Source: the human T2T-CHM13v2.0 reference genome, Homo sapiens
Strand: one strand, 5' to 3'
NCBI RefSeq assembly: GCF_009914755.1
Contig: NC_060934.1
DNA: 64,000 bases
The translations under genes and the position numbers were made by a program. This document shows, piece after piece, positions 1 to 13,597 of this stretch (position 1 is its first letter; every line of letters begins with the position of its first letter). The notes beneath the pieces were generated by a model that saw nothing but the letters and a program-made list of their open reading frames with translations, searched no databases and was not told where the DNA came from.

Positions 1-230
1 ATGACTCATATGCACACACACACATGCACACACATGATACACACACTGGTAAATTCACACACACACGACACACACATACGCTGGTAAACACACCCACACA
101 CCCACATGACACACACAAACACACACTACTCACACACAACTCTCTCACACACAACTCACACACACACGACTCACACACACTGATAAACTCACACCCACAC
201 ACCCACAGGACACACACACACACGACACAG
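1..230. repeat. Degenerate (CA)n low-complexity tract
   Basis: Interrupted cacacaca runs throughout; continues off the window start. Confidence 0.9.
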
Positions 231-1243
231 ATGCCACCCAGGACTGGACCCAGGTCTTGGCAGGAAATGTCAGAGCCAGGACAATGACAGAAAGGTCTCC
301 ATGTCCCTAGCACTGAGGCCGTATTAATTATGACCTTGAGAGAGGTTAAGTCACAAAGCACACCAGGCTGATCTCTCTCTCTCTCTCTGCCCTCCTTGGC
401 TCGGAGGGCCACACTCCACCCGTCAGCCACACCTGGTGCCCAGTACCTTCCCGTAGCCTTGCCTCCCCCACGCAGGCCAATGGACTCTTCCCGTGACCCC
501 CTAGACTATCTCTGCCTTGGGCTGTGTGTGGCTGGAGGGCCATCTTAGCCTAGTTCGGGACAGGCAGGAACACAGGGAATGAGAGCCCCCGTGCTGCCCT
601 CAAACACATGCAGCTGAGAGTCACTGGGAAAAACATAGCTTTGCTCCCTGAGTGGGACACTCTCAACATGCACTAGGCTTTCTGCCCAAGTCTCCGGCAG
701 AGCTGAGCCCCAGTGCCATGGGGTGTCATGCCCGGCAGAGGCTCCTTCTGCTCCCATCACAGTCCCCCCAACCGGTGCTCGCATCCAGTCTTTGTCTCAG
801 AGTCGGCTTCTGACTGGGGGTGCCCAGCCCTCCAGGTCATGCCCATCCCTGGAATGGTGCCCTAGGCCGCCCTCGGCAGGACCAGCCGCCCCGGGGAGAG
901 GCAGGATGGGATGGAGCTGACCTGGTGCACAGAGGCGATGCCTCTGACTTGGGGCACTGAATCCTCCTAAGGGAAAAGGTTCCCTCTCACGCTCACTTGT
1001 AAACAGCCAGAACCCAGCCTGATGCTGGGAATCCAGCAGGGACTCAGCAAAAGTGGGGCGGCTGACTGATTCATCAGGTGGGGGCTGGGACAAAATGATT
1101 TATTTACAAAAGCTCAGGTTTACTCTTTGCATTGTGCTACAGTCCATTGTCTTAAGCAGATATAAGTGATTGTTCCTGCCTTCTTAGCAGAGGCAATATC
1201 ACTGTTGAAGAAAAATAAAGGGAATACAGCAAGCTCTGGAAAG

Positions 1244-1403
1244 CCACCCGGCTACCCCAGCATAGGGGCTTCCATGGCCCTGGCAGTGGCTCCACCCAGG
1301 TCCCCAGTATAGGGGCTTCCACAGCCCTGACAATGGCTCCACCCGGCTACCCCAGCGTAGGGGCTTTCACGGCCCTGACAGTGGCTCCACCCGGGTCCCC
1401 AGC
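1244..1403. repeat. Minisatellite, 47-48-bp unit, about 3.3 copies
   Basis: Unit ccacccgg(ct)accccagcataggggcttccacggccctgacagtggct; 48-bp and 47-bp variants alternate. Confidence 0.88.
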
Positions 1404-2317
1404 AGCTGTTTAAAGCAGCATCCCTGAGTCCCTGGAGGACAGTGGCCCTCTCCAGCCATGGCAAACGCACACTGGGGTCCTTGCAGCCCAGTAGCATGTT
1501 TCTTTCTTTTTTGTTGTAATTATCATAAATTTTGTTCTTTTTTGAAAGCCTCAGAAGTAAGCTTTCTTTCTACTTGTGCGAACTTTCAAAATATATATCA
1601 CCAGTCTAAACTGGAATCACATATCCACTCTCCCGCTCCTGGTTCTACCTGGCTGGGCGCTCCATGGGTACGACGGCCACACTCGCTGGCTCACGCATTA
1701 CTGGCTTGCTTAACCTGAGCAGCCGAGGCTGTGCTCCCCTCCTTTTCAAATCGTTGCAGGGAAACAAAAGCACTCCGCCTGGCAAATAAGAACCTGGGGA
1801 GAGAAAGCAGCACTCTCTGCTTGTTCACAGAATAATTCAAACACTGTCTCCTCCCAGCAAAGAAAGCTCTGCTCCCAGAAAGGAGCACACACCTGTCCCA
1901 GCATTCAGAAAGAACGCAAGAGCAAACACTGTTCGGGGCAGCCAGGGACACCCTGGAGGAATAAAGCCGCACGGTTTGAGTCACGGGGCACCAAGGAGGT
2001 ATCACAGACCAGGCAGGAGCCCAGCCGACTCACATGAAGCTGCATGCGGCGTGCACGCCTGACGGGGGCTGGCAGAGCCCACCTCGCTCCCCTGCAGATC
2101 CTCCCAGAGGCTGTCAAGGAGAATCACCAGACACTGAGACTGGCTGGGGTTTCTGCAAGTGGCCTGGAGGGTCATAATCTTAAAGAAGTAAAAGGAAATT
2201 GCTAGTGCTTCCTGCGAGATGAGGACTCACAGACGCAGGCTAATCTGTCACTCACATGCCGAGCGGGAGCCTTTGAGAGGTTTGCAGATGTTCAAGTGAG
2301 GTGGAGGGATCGTGGGC

Positions 2318-2389
2318 TATTTTCCTTTTCTTATTTATGCTTCTCCACTTCTTTATTTTCCTTTTCTTATTTATGCTTCTCCACTTCTT
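2318..2389. repeat. Perfect 36-bp tandem duplication
   Basis: tattttccttttcttatttatgcttctccacttctt occurs twice head-to-tail (2318-2353, 2354-2389). Confidence 0.95.
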
Positions 2390-3711
2390 TCCTCGGGGTT
2401 CTAAGTCAGCGCTAATCATTTCAATAGCATCAGACCCTCCACAGGGAACGGTGGCCGGTATATCCTACTTGGGGAATCTCATTCCACGAACGCAGGGAAT
2501 CCTGAGGAGACACACATGGGTTGTGAACCGAGTCCTGGCTGTCACTCATCGCTTGCCTAGATGTGAGTGGAGCCAGTCTTGAGCCACAGCAGGGATGGGA
2601 CAGTGAAATGGTGGACAGCAGTGCCTGCCCGGGGCCTGCCCTAAAGCACCCTCTTAGCCTCTCTTCCTCCTAGCCCGGGAGCCCAGCGCCCTGTTAGTTG
2701 ACTTCTTAGGGAGTGAGAAGTTCTGCCTGCTATGAGCTCACTCAGCCTTCTGGTCATCAACACTGACTAAACTTTCAGCTGCCCGCAGAGCATTTGACAC
2801 ATGGGGTCTCCTTAGCTGGGTGGTCTCCCAAGCCACATTCCTCTTTCTCACGGCTCCATGTGACATAGGACGTGCCAGACACATAAAGTCCTTCCCTCTG
2901 CAGCTCTCTCATTTCACCACCGACACTGGGCTCCGCTTCCCACCTGTGCTTCTAGATGGCTCATGCCTGGGAGAGTTGGGGCCCAGCCAAATTCTCCGGC
3001 TTGTCGGAACATCATCACGCTCTCAGGCCGTGGGTCCGTCTCAGGGAACCCACTCATCTTTGCTGTATGGTGCCCCTTTCAAGACACTGAGAAATTCCAG
3101 GAAACACAATGACAGCAGAGGGGTCAGATTCCACACTGCCACCTCTTCGTTCCCCTGGAGCTCTGCCGTGGCCCTGACCACTCCCACGCCCTTCTGCCCA
3201 GGCCAGCAACCCCAGCTCACTGGGCTACCTGCCTGTGCTGGGAGCCAGTCCTGACTCTCTGCCCCCTCCCCCCCGCCCCTCCTCCCAGCCCAGCTCAGAA
3301 CAGCCCCTCTCCCTCTGCTGCTTCCTTCATTGCGAATCCTTGCAGTCACAGACCTCGGGCCAGCCCCCAGGCCCTGCTCTCTCCTGCTCTCTGCAGACCC
3401 CACCCAGTCTGCCAGCCACCTCCAGGACAGCACATGCCCTTTGCACCAGCCACCCTCACCCAAGCTGCTGGGCCTCCTTTCCTCTTCACACCTCAGCTTC
3501 TACTGTGTTCCGGACTGCTGATGTGGCCAGATATCCAGTCGCTGGAAAGGCCATTAGCAGAGCTGATCAGAGGAAATGCAGAAATGGAAGGCACCATGAA
3601 GGGTATAAGCAGGAAGAGGTTTTCACTGTTTCTTACTTAATGCTGTTCTTCTGACCCTCTCCAAGGTCCCTCAGATAAACTTCATTCATGTGCATATGAG
3701 AACACGCCTCC

Positions 3712-4285
3712 TTTTCTTATTGTTTTTATTGTGGTAAAATATACATAACATGAAATTTACTGTCTCAACCATCTTGAAGTATACAGTTCAGTGGCATTAA
3801 ACACATTGGCAGTACTTAACGCCAGCCGTCACCACCATCCACACTCCGAACTATTTTACCTTCCCAAACAGAAACTGTCCTGGTTCAACAATGACTTTCT
3901 GTTCCTCTTCCCCTAGTCCCTGGCAAGCACCCTTCTACTATCTGTCCCTGTGAATCCGATGGGGGACCTCGGATAAGTGGAATCCTATAGGCTTGTTTCA
4001 CTGACCATCGTGTCCTCAAGGTTCTTCCATGCTGAAGCAGGTGCCAGCAATTCCAGCTTTTTTAAGGCTGAATAATATTTCACTATATAGATATGCCACA
4101 TTTTCTTTATCTATGCACCCATCAATGGACGCTCGGATCACTTCCACCATTTGTGGGAAAATGTATAATGCTGCTATGAACATGGGTGCACAGATAGCTG
4201 TTTGAGACCCTGATTTCAATGGGTGAGTCACATGGTAATACTATGTGTAACTGAGGACCTGCCACACGGTTGTCCACAGCTGGAG
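3712..4285 (-). mobile_element. Old L1 3' end (L1MB-like)
   Basis: Typical antisense L1M 3' UTR (ttttattgtggtaaaatatacataac...tacagttcagtggcattaa) followed by an ORF2 C-terminal remnant (PMFIAALY). Confidence 0.8.
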
Positions 4286-4370
4286 CTACTCTGAAGCACC
4301 AATGTTGCTTTAGGGATGTTCGTTCAGAGCAACTGCCACATGGTCTCTAGAGTTTAAGTATGGACAGCAA

Positions 4371-4467
4371 AATGTCAGCTTTCTCCCACCCAGACCCCTG
4401 GATGGAACATGGGCCTGAATGTCAGCTTTCTCCCATCCAGACCCCTGGGCAAACACAGGCCTGCATG
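4371..4467. repeat. Imperfect 47-bp tandem duplication
   Basis: aatgtcagctttctccca(c/t)ccagacccctgg repeated at 47-bp spacing. Confidence 0.85.
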
Positions 4468-5742
4468 CTCCTGAACACAGGCTGTCCTCCCCTAGGGCAC
4501 GGATTTCATTCATGCACCAAACGCGTCTATTTGAGTGTTGGGACCGGAAGACTCTCCAGTGTGAGCTGCAGACCAGCCGTCTCCAACGAGCGCCCATCAG
4601 GGACCGCCTCCTCTACCGAGTCCTGAAACACATGTCACTCTCCCCACTTCTGACAGCCACCCACCATGGATACTATTTCCAACAGTGCTGTTATCACAAA
4701 TTAAATAAAGTGGCCTGTCCCGGGAAGCAGCTGCTGCTCCTGCTGCAGTGAGTACACTATGACATGTCCTGTCTGTGGTTACAGCAACATGATCTGCACA
4801 GTGACCAGCCTCCTTGCACGATGCTTTCATTAAAGCAGCCATGGGTGACTCCTTCCTCCCTGATCTGTCTACAGACCAACTATCTCCCCACCCTCCTTCC
4901 AGGCACACTTCTAAATCTGGTCCCTGCTTGAAGACCACAGGGACCCCCGGGGATGGCAGCACGTACCGCCATGTGCCTGATTGAGGCCGTAGCGCCTTCC
5001 CTGCTGGGCCGGTCACAGACTGTCCCTGAGGGTCCTCAGCACAGTAGGCATCCAGCCTTTCATGGGCTCTTGGCCTGTGCCTGCCAGGCGGACCCAGCTG
5101 AAGTTAGCCAGTGTCTCTTCAGCACCAGGAGCCCGGCCACCATCGCAGCCACTGGGTGATTGATTTGAGCACCGTGTCTCTATAGACGGACAGGAATGAC
5201 AGCTGGTGGGTGGGACTGACAATGGTGCAGAAGAACGACATCCTGGGAAAATCCTCGGAAAAGGATTGCTGAGTCCCGCCCTCACTCTGCCCCTCACTTG
5301 TACTGGGATTTAGGTAAACTGGTCTTCAGTGGCCTTCGACCCTGCCCCCCAGCTTTCAGTAATGGAATCGGTTGCCCAGAGTCCACAGGCCTTTCAGCTT
5401 GAAAATTTTGGATTCTGGGAAATTCGAATCCCCAAAGATTGTGGTGACTGGGTCACGATCACCTCACTCTCTGCCTGAGCTTCCCATCAGAGATTCCGGT
5501 TAATGCTGAGCTGACCAGCATATTCAGCGGCTGGGTGACGTGGCATTCACCGTGCTGAACGCTTCCTGACTGTGTTTGTCTGTTTGTTAGGATTGGGCTG
5601 GGTGGGTGTGCGATGAAGGTCTGCGGAGTAGGGCAGCCATCTCTGCACCATCTCATAGAGAACACAGAGAACTGTCGACCAACACGCCAGAGCATCGTTG
5701 AAGAGGGTCCTAACCACAGTGCACAGGTGTGGCTGGATGCTG

Positions 5743-7170
5743 TTCAATCAGCAAAGAGTCAACGAGAGGTAACTTTGTCCCAAGAATTGTTCCTGGCACC
5801 AGGGCCTCAGTGGTGAATAGATATGGGAGGACCCTGCCCCTGAGGGTGTGACATGCCAGTGGGGGAGAGAAGATAGGCCAGGAATTGACACCGAAGAGAA
5901 TTGCCGGCGATGATAAATGCTGAAAAGCAAACGCAACAGTGAGGAGGAGTTCGTTCCAGGGGCCACTTCAGGATGGGAGGACTCGGGCCACGTGCTGGAG
6001 CTGAGGCCTGAACAGTGGGGGAACCACTGGCCACATGAGACACCAGGGGGTGGAGGAGAGCGTCCAGGCAGAGGGGCCGGCCGTGTGAAGGTCCCGGGGC
6101 AGCCCTGGCCTCACAGACTGGGAAGGCACCATCAGGCCTGGGGGACAAATGGAGGGCTGCTCAGGAAGTAAGGGTGCAGGTGGGTCACACAGACAGTGAC
6201 CCCAGACTCCAGAGGAGTTGGGATTTGTTCTAACCTCCAGAGCAGGCAATCACTGGATTTAAATATATATATATATATATATATAGTAAGTATTGATTTA
6301 TTTATTTATTTTTATTTACTTATTTATTTTTAGAGATGGGGTCTCACTATGTTGCCTAGGCTGGACTCCAATTCCCAAGCTCAAGGGATCTTCCAGCCGC
6401 AGCCTCCGGGGTAACTGGAACTACAGGTGGTGCCCCTGCGCCTGGCTCCTTGGGGGCTGTAAGCAAGGGCAGACTTGGCCTGACAAAGGTCCTTGAGAAG
6501 TGAACTCCAGCTCCTCTGCAGAAAATAGGGCAGAGTGGAAACAGAAGTACTTGCAAGAGCCTCAGTCCACAGATCTTGGTTTGGACCAGGAAGGTGGGCA
6601 AAGAGAGGAGGAGGCACCGTGGACTCGGTGTGGGTTGGGAGGAGGACGGCAGTGCCGAGGGGCTGGAGAGGAGGCATCAGGCAAAAGGAGGCGTCAGGAC
6701 GACCTCTGGTGTGAGGCACGAACTCCTGGGCAGACCCGGGGCAACGTACTGAACTGGAGAGTCTTTGTGGCAGGGGGTGAAAAAGGTTTACTTGAAAGAC
6801 CACAGGAGAAACAAGTGTTTTTGTTTTGATTTCCATAAACAGAAGCATGGGTTGGGACATCAACACTTCCTTATAGAGCGGTGAGGCTTGAGGGGTTCAT
6901 TGGGAAGTGGAGGTAGTTGCATCCGTCAACCTAGAGCTCCAGGAGGAGGCAGAGGCTGGGCTGGAGACGGCCTCATTCTTATCTATGGAACACTGTGGGA
7001 GAGGAGGCACCAGGCTAGAGAGATCTGTGCAGAGATGCCCCGGGCAGAACACCAGCAGGGTGTGGTTTCAGAGAGTCCTGAGAAGATAGTGCTTCCAGCA
7101 GGAAGGAAGGGACAACTGAGTCTGACCTTTCAGGTGGCAGGAAACATTCCCCACTGGCAGAGGGGACAAG
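5743..7170 (-). mobile_element. Degraded L2 fragment, interrupted by (TA)n and an Alu monomer
   Basis: Antisense L2-like motifs (ttcaatcagcaaa...ctcagtggtgaatag...ctgcccctga; ggagttgggatttgttct). Confidence 0.5.
6298..6446 (-). mobile_element. Alu monomer (FLAM-like) with (TTTA)n tail; (TA)n at about 6263-6285
   Basis: tagagatggggtctcactatgttgcctaggctgg...gctcaagggatcttcc...actacagg; single arm only. Confidence 0.85.
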
Positions 7171-7179
7171 GTGTTATAT

Positions 7180-7600
7180 GACTTCATACAAACAAATGCT
7201 GCACAAAAGTGAACAAGATGGTACCACCACTGCACATGCCAGCAGGGACAACTTTAAAGAAAGCATATATCTGAGTGAAAAGGCCATCGCAGAAGAATGC
7301 GCAAACTATGTTAACATGTATGTGAAATTAACAAAAACTAAAGTATGCAACATATTGTCTAGAGATAATGCATATGCATATGGTAAACATATATTTTTAA
7401 AAATAGCAAAGGAATAATTGGCACATCTTCAGGGGAGCAGTGACTTCTGGGGTGAGCAGGAGGTGAGGCTGGGGTACTGGGAACATCACGTTTCTCAGGC
7501 TCGGAGGGAGGCACTGGGTGTCTATTGTATTAGTATTCTCTATACTGGACATAACCTTAGGCACGCTGTGGCGTGCATGATATATTTCCACATTTTCTCT
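7180..7600 (+). mobile_element. Old L1ME-like 3' fragment
   Basis: Motifs resembling the L1ME 3' UTR (aaaactaaagtat...gcatatggtaaac...gtgacttctgggg). Confidence 0.5.
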
Positions 7601-8580
7601 TCAAAGAGAGGGTGAATTGGAGCTAACAGTGGAGATGGCTAACGGCTAACGTAGTTAAAGTCAGGGTGATTCTCAGGGTAGGCACAGGGAACGGAGCAGC
7701 TCAGAAAGAACGCGAGGTCCCAGGAGCATCGTTTTCTAGACAAGTGAGCCAGACCTTGCTCATAGGAATGATTTCCCTGTGAAAGCAGCTCTCCTCTTTA
7801 GAGCCCAACAGTGGGAAAGTCTGCACCTTATACAACTAAATGTAATAATGCCAGCTCAGATACTTGTAGTTGCATTCTCAGTAAGAATTCACTTATCATG
7901 CGTAACAAACTATACAAAAGGGGTTTGTTGGTTTAAATCCAGTAAGTGTTCCACTAGAGGTAACTCAATCCTCCATTAGAAATGAACACGTGTTTCCCGC
8001 ACACGCCAGATGAGTTTCAGGAATCTTGAGGTATAAGCAATTATGTTGTTACAATATTTTTGTCTCTGAAAATCTTTAAAATGTTAATATGTATTATGAC
8101 ATTTTTGATTATAGAGGAGGAGGAAACAATTCCTGGATGATTTAAAAAAAGACCTTATTCCCAAATGTCTGAATTACTGTTGTTATAGAACCTGCTTCAG
8201 CATCTGCAGATTTTGCTAATGAGGAAAGCCGACAGCAACATGAAAGGCTGCGTGGTAGAATTCTGGCTTGGAGACTTTCTGACTTGTTATATAGCTTGGC
8301 TGGTAAGTTACTGATAGAACAAAAAAATAGTCACTTCCCAGCTGTTCTGTGGCAGGACAAAATGTTAAATTTAAACCATTAAATAGTTCTGGAAGCAAAG
8401 AACAGGTGGCAAACGGCTTCCCAGGCAGATGGCCCTTTTTAATATCTGTTTGGTAGTTACCTGCTCTACCAGAGACCAAAAGTACTCACTCATATTTCAC
8501 TCTTCTGGCCTGGACAATTCAGTCATGGTGGGCCAAATTTTAAAAATAAATGCTGTCTTTCTTAAAAGAAGGATCACTTT

Positions 8581-8861
<281 letters not shown>

Positions 8862-8870
<9 letters not shown>

Positions 8871-8971
8871 AAAGAGAGAAAGACAAAGAAGGAAGGAAGG
8901 GAAGGAAGGGAGGGAGGAAGAGAAAGAAGGAAGGAAGGAAGGAAGGAAGGAAGGAAGGAAGGAAGGAAGGA

Positions 8972-9035
<64 letters not shown>

Positions 9036-9058
9036 AAAGAAAGAAAGAAAAAAAAAAA
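8862..9058. repeat. Compound (GGAA)n(GAAA)n microsatellite grown from the Alu tail
   Basis: 11 consecutive GGAA at 8929-8972, then a GAAA run; about 200 bp almost purely purine. Confidence 0.95.
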
Positions 9059-9581
9059 GTTCTGTGAGTAAGTGGAACAGGAGCAGGCTCTGCCCGGCCT
9101 ATCAACGCTCAGAAGGGAGCGCTGTCCCTGGAGTCAGGGGAATTGCTGTGTTGGGTGCAGGCAGGGCGGGGATGGAAAGATGCAACCTCTGCTGGAGACC
9201 CACTGCCTGGGAGGGGCCAGCCTGATAAACAGATCCCCGTGAAGCAGAGGCCAACGGACACAAAGGACACCCCATCCCCTGGGAGGGCAGCAGGGACCAG
9301 CCTTCCCGCCCGTGCTGACACCACTCTGAAAGAGAAGCCCGGTTCACGGCTGAATCTGGACCTGGTCACGGGCTCTTTAAGTATTATGTGGCATCTTAGG
9401 TAAGCTAAATCTAGTGCAAGGCACCGAATTCAGCACAATCTTTATGACTGTGGACTCTTTCCAACACAGAGCCCGCTCCTTCAGGGTCAGGGTAGTGCCA
9501 CATTAACTCTCCCAGATGAGCTTAGCCGGGTATCCAGACAGGTTTTCATGGTGCCTTAAGCAGAGTTCTAATAATACAAAC

Positions 9582-9793
9582 CCAGGTTTCTCCACAGAGC
9601 CACTACCTATACTTTGGGCCAGATGATTCTCTACCATGGGGGCTGCCTGGGGGTTGTAGGATTGTGGCATCTTCCCTGGCTTCTACCCACCAGATCCCAG
9701 TAGCAACCCTCAGGTCATGACAACCAAAACACATGGATAGTCACACTGCCAAATACCCTCTGGTTGCAGAATTGTCTCCAGTTGGGGACCATT
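9582..9793 (-). mobile_element. MER20 (hAT-Charlie) remnant
   Basis: Reverse complement follows the MER20 layout (caggtttctc...tttgggccagatgattct...ctacccaccagat...gacaaccaaaa...gttggggacca). Confidence 0.8.
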
Positions 9794-12089
9794 AAGCTAA
9801 ACCACGTGGAGCTCTGAGGTTACTGACTTTTATATCAAAGTCCAGAATGTAAGTAAAACAGTCAAGCTCATTTATATAAAGTGGGACTTATCTTCCAAAT
9901 AAAAACAGGATTATTCTTCTGTAGATAAATTAAAGGTCACATCCTTTTATAAAATCAGTTTGAATATAGAGCAAACTTTGGAGTGAGCTGTGTTCTTCTG
10001 AGTCCATCAGCACCTGCTTTGCATTGATGTCCTTCTATTTCCTCTCCGCCAGGCCGGGGCCACTCCCTCTACCCACCCCTCCATGGGATAGCTCATCCTT
10101 GTCCTGCCCCTGCCCAGTTCATCTATTTTAAGGGGTATCAGAAATTTCCTAGGGGGCTGCCTGGGCATTCGCTGAGACTGCCCATCAGCAGAGACAACGC
10201 CTTGCTCCCATCGTTCTGTGGGCCTCTTGCGATGGTTTAGAAAACAGCCCGAATGGCGCAGATAGGCCAGCTCTCTATCCCATCTCCGTCAAGTCTTGGT
10301 TTTCGAAAAGTACCCCAGGGACATGTTAGGATGGTTTTCTTCATGGGCATGACAGCCTTGCCCCGAGTCCAGAGGAGGCCGCCAGGGCAGCACTGCCAGG
10401 CAGTCCCACCTCCCAATGGAGCCCTCACCAGGGGCGCCCCTGGCAGCACCACACCCACCCGTGAAGCCTGGGTTGGGCCACGCTGCTCACAGCTCAGACC
10501 TGCTCATCACCGGTCCAGACCCAGCCTCCTGGTGGTATTTCAACTTCAACCTGCATCCTGTCCTATGGGCGGGGTTTCCAGGTCAGATGGATCAATTCCA
10601 GCAATGGGAAGGCAATTTTAGGAGCTACCTTCTGAGTAACGCCCCTTTCATCTTCCTGTCAGGCCATTTTTCCAGTTATCTACAGGACAGATAACGTTGG
10701 TGCTGGCCTCGTTCTAACTGAACACGCATTATTGCAAATTTGATCATGGAACCTTATAAAAGGCAAACAAGAGAAGATGCCTAATTGTTATGTCACCTTA
10801 TAAATCATGTCAGAGATATGGAAAGTGAAGCTGCCCCTGAGGTACACAGCTTTTGGTTCTAAGATTAATTTTCCTCTGAAAACAGTAAGTCACCCCTAAT
10901 ACATGTCAATGTACTAGTAGGTTTAACCAAACTCTTGACACAGCTGTAATTTTTGTTCCACACTGAGATTATCCATGTGTTTTATTTATTTTCTCCATCA
11001 CACTCTAAATGCATGTTCACTGACATGCTGACATAGAAATACAATTTTGATCTTGAGAATACAATATCCGACTTACCAACTAATTCATCAAACCAGCATA
11101 GAAATAGCGAACGCCGAAGGTCCATTGTTGAAAAAGACCACATTAGATTTACTAGCAACAAAGTCAACAAACTGCAAACACTCCAAAAATTGGAAAGTCA
11201 TGGAACTAGGCTGTTTGTCTTTCTACCATAAAGTAGTAGGTATATATTTATGTGTGTGTGTGTCTATCACAGTCTAGTGATACATTTCCTGCTACTGATA
11301 ATCTAGCAATTAATGATATTAATACAATCTTCCATGGAATTTCTCTTCAAGTTTTACCATCTCACATGAAGAACTAAAACCAAAATAACAGAGTAAATCC
11401 TCAGTTCCTGGGAGTTGGCACTGTCATTCCAAATTAATGGTGCTGTTCCTAAGTTTGAAGAAACACGCATTTCACAAGGATGTCTGGGTCACGAAGCGTG
11501 CAGGTTACAGTTAGTGGATGGACACGCACGCCTGTGAACACGCAGGGACAACAGAGCTGCAGATGGGACCCAGGGCCTCCCATCTACCCTGAGTGCCTCA
11601 TCAATGCATCTCACACCTCTCAGGACACCAGAATGGCCACCCTCCGGGCCCCTGCCCCGAGGACATCTCAGAAAGGGAGCACGTCTACTGCATTAATGAG
11701 CTCAAATGCCTTTGTGGCGGCCCAAGCCTCTGGTACTCCAAGCTGTCACAGTGGGTGGGACCCCAGCCCCTGTGTCCAGCCCAGGGCCAGAAGGCATGCC
11801 AAGTGGACTGCCTGGGGGGAGCAGCACACGGCTTGGCTCTGCGCTCACTCACCAGGCTCCACTCCAGCATGCCAGCCTGCACGTCCCGTGCAAGAAAATC
11901 ACAACTTCCTGGGGTGCTTGCACTCCCAGACGCATGCATGACTCCCCCTAAACTCCAGTTAGTAAAGAGAAGTCTCATTTCCTCAAACGGAAGCTTTCAC
12001 CTTGGCTTTACAGCAGGAAGTGCCAGGGTGGACCTGACAAGGTGGCTCAGTGGAGTCGGGTCGATTTGCAGGGTCCGAAGTCAAGCAAA

Positions 12090-12490
12090 GCCCAAACGGC
12101 CCCAGCCGAATGTTTCCCTCAACCGGAGCCGGGCTTCAGGTCCCACAGCGCCTGGGCCCAGGCCAGGGGCATCTAACCAGGAAGCCTCCGCGCGCTCGCT
12201 AAGGCAGCACCAGGCGTCGGGACGGCGCTCCGAGCCTACCTGAGACGGGGGACGTCCGGAGGGGTATTTTGATGGGTGCCAAGGTCAGGAAGTGGCGCGG
12301 CTGCACGCTGGAGGGGGACGGGCCCCGGAGGTTCTCAGGGTCCACGGAGACCATGGCAGCGGCGGCGGCGGTGGCGATGGCAATGGCGGGGCTGCTGGTC
12401 ACCTTAAGGCTGTTATGGCAGCCACCTGCGGAAGAGGGATGCAGAGGGTCAGCAAGGGGACGACCAGGGCCATGGGTGACAGATGCCCAT
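12090..12490. promoter_or_regulatory. Small CpG-rich patch over exon 4
   Basis: Dense CpGs (ccgcgcgctcg, gcgtcgggacggcg, gcggcggcggcgg) within CpG-poor flanks. Confidence 0.55.
12240..12425 (-). CDS. TCERG1L: TCERG1L coding exon 4 ([35 protein letters not shown]...LRTSPVS)
   Basis: Acceptor CCCTCTTCCGCAG|GTGGC, donor TCAG|GTAGGC; 186 nt, phase 1-1, continuing the frame of exon 3. The gene continues beyond position 1. Confidence 0.93.
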
Positions 12491-12871
12491 CTCGCTACCG
12501 CAAGATATCAGCCCCCAGAAAACAGGTGAGGGGGGCGCTACCCCTCTTTAATGGAGGCCCACAGTATGTGCCACCGTCCGCAGAACAAATGCTTCTGATG
12601 AGTTCTCCATCAGTCAAACGCTGCCATGCAACCAGTGCACACACAGAGCCGTGTGATGCCCAGTGAGCTGCAAGGCTTACAGTCACCAGGGGACGAGCCA
12701 GGACCCGGGTGCCTTAAAGAGAAACTGCTTGTCCCTGGTGCCAGTGTGTTAAGTACCTAATCAGAAGTGACCATGAACAGCACTCAGTGATTTGGAGCAG
12801 AAACCGGTGAAGGCCCAGGAGTGCCACATAAAAAAGTGGGGGTGGTTTGGAAGAAGGGGCAGCTGTGGGCC

Positions 12872-13029
12872 AGGGTGGAGAGAGGTTTCCAGAGGACACC
12901 AGGCTCAGCTGGGCCCTGCAGGGAGAGGGCGGAGAGGTTTCCAGAGGGCACCAGGCTCAGCCGGGCCCTGCAGGGAGAGGGTGGACAGGTTTCCAGAGGG
13001 CACCAGGCTCAGCTGGGCCCTGCAGGGAG
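12872..13029. repeat. Minisatellite, 52-bp unit, about 3 copies
   Basis: gagaggtttccagagggcaccaggctcagctgggccctgcagggagagggtg repeated with few substitutions. Confidence 0.92.
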
Positions 13030-13597
13030 TGGCCGGTCACCAGACCAGCTGCTGCAGGAGACACCCACACCCAGCTCAGCGTGGGTCGCTCCTTGAGAGG
13101 AGTCAGACTGCAAGCTTGGAATCAGGCATCTTTTCTGACATCAATGGACGCATCTGAAAGTTTGCTTCTTCCTCTGCCTTTTCAGTAAAACATTTTTTCT
13201 TTTAAAAGACTCCTCAGTTTCCCAAATAAATGTGGTATCTAAGAAGTATTTTGTAGGTGCCATTTTATATGGATGGTGGAAACTTAGTCTGGCCAGCTCT
13301 GGACAGCAATTTGGAAATATGTTTCTAAAACCTTGATATAATTCACTACTCTTGATCTGGCACGTCCTGTCGTGTGACCCACCCACATGCCCAGTGCCTT
13401 AGGATACAGGTGTAGAATGAGGAGCTAGAAATATCAGCAAAAGCAGGACGGCTGCATGAAGGATGGTGCGCTGTGCACAGGACGGTCAGTGGTCAGCACG
13501 ATTACATCAGGGAAGATCGTTAGTGCCAGAGCGAGGTCTCATGATACAGTAGGCAAAGAAAACAGGCTAAAAATCATATAGGTTCCTGCAATGTATC

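Noticed and set aside
11030-11277. Protein-like open frames on the + strand
   Set aside because: No ATG near the start, no recognisable domain, no splice support; length is within chance.
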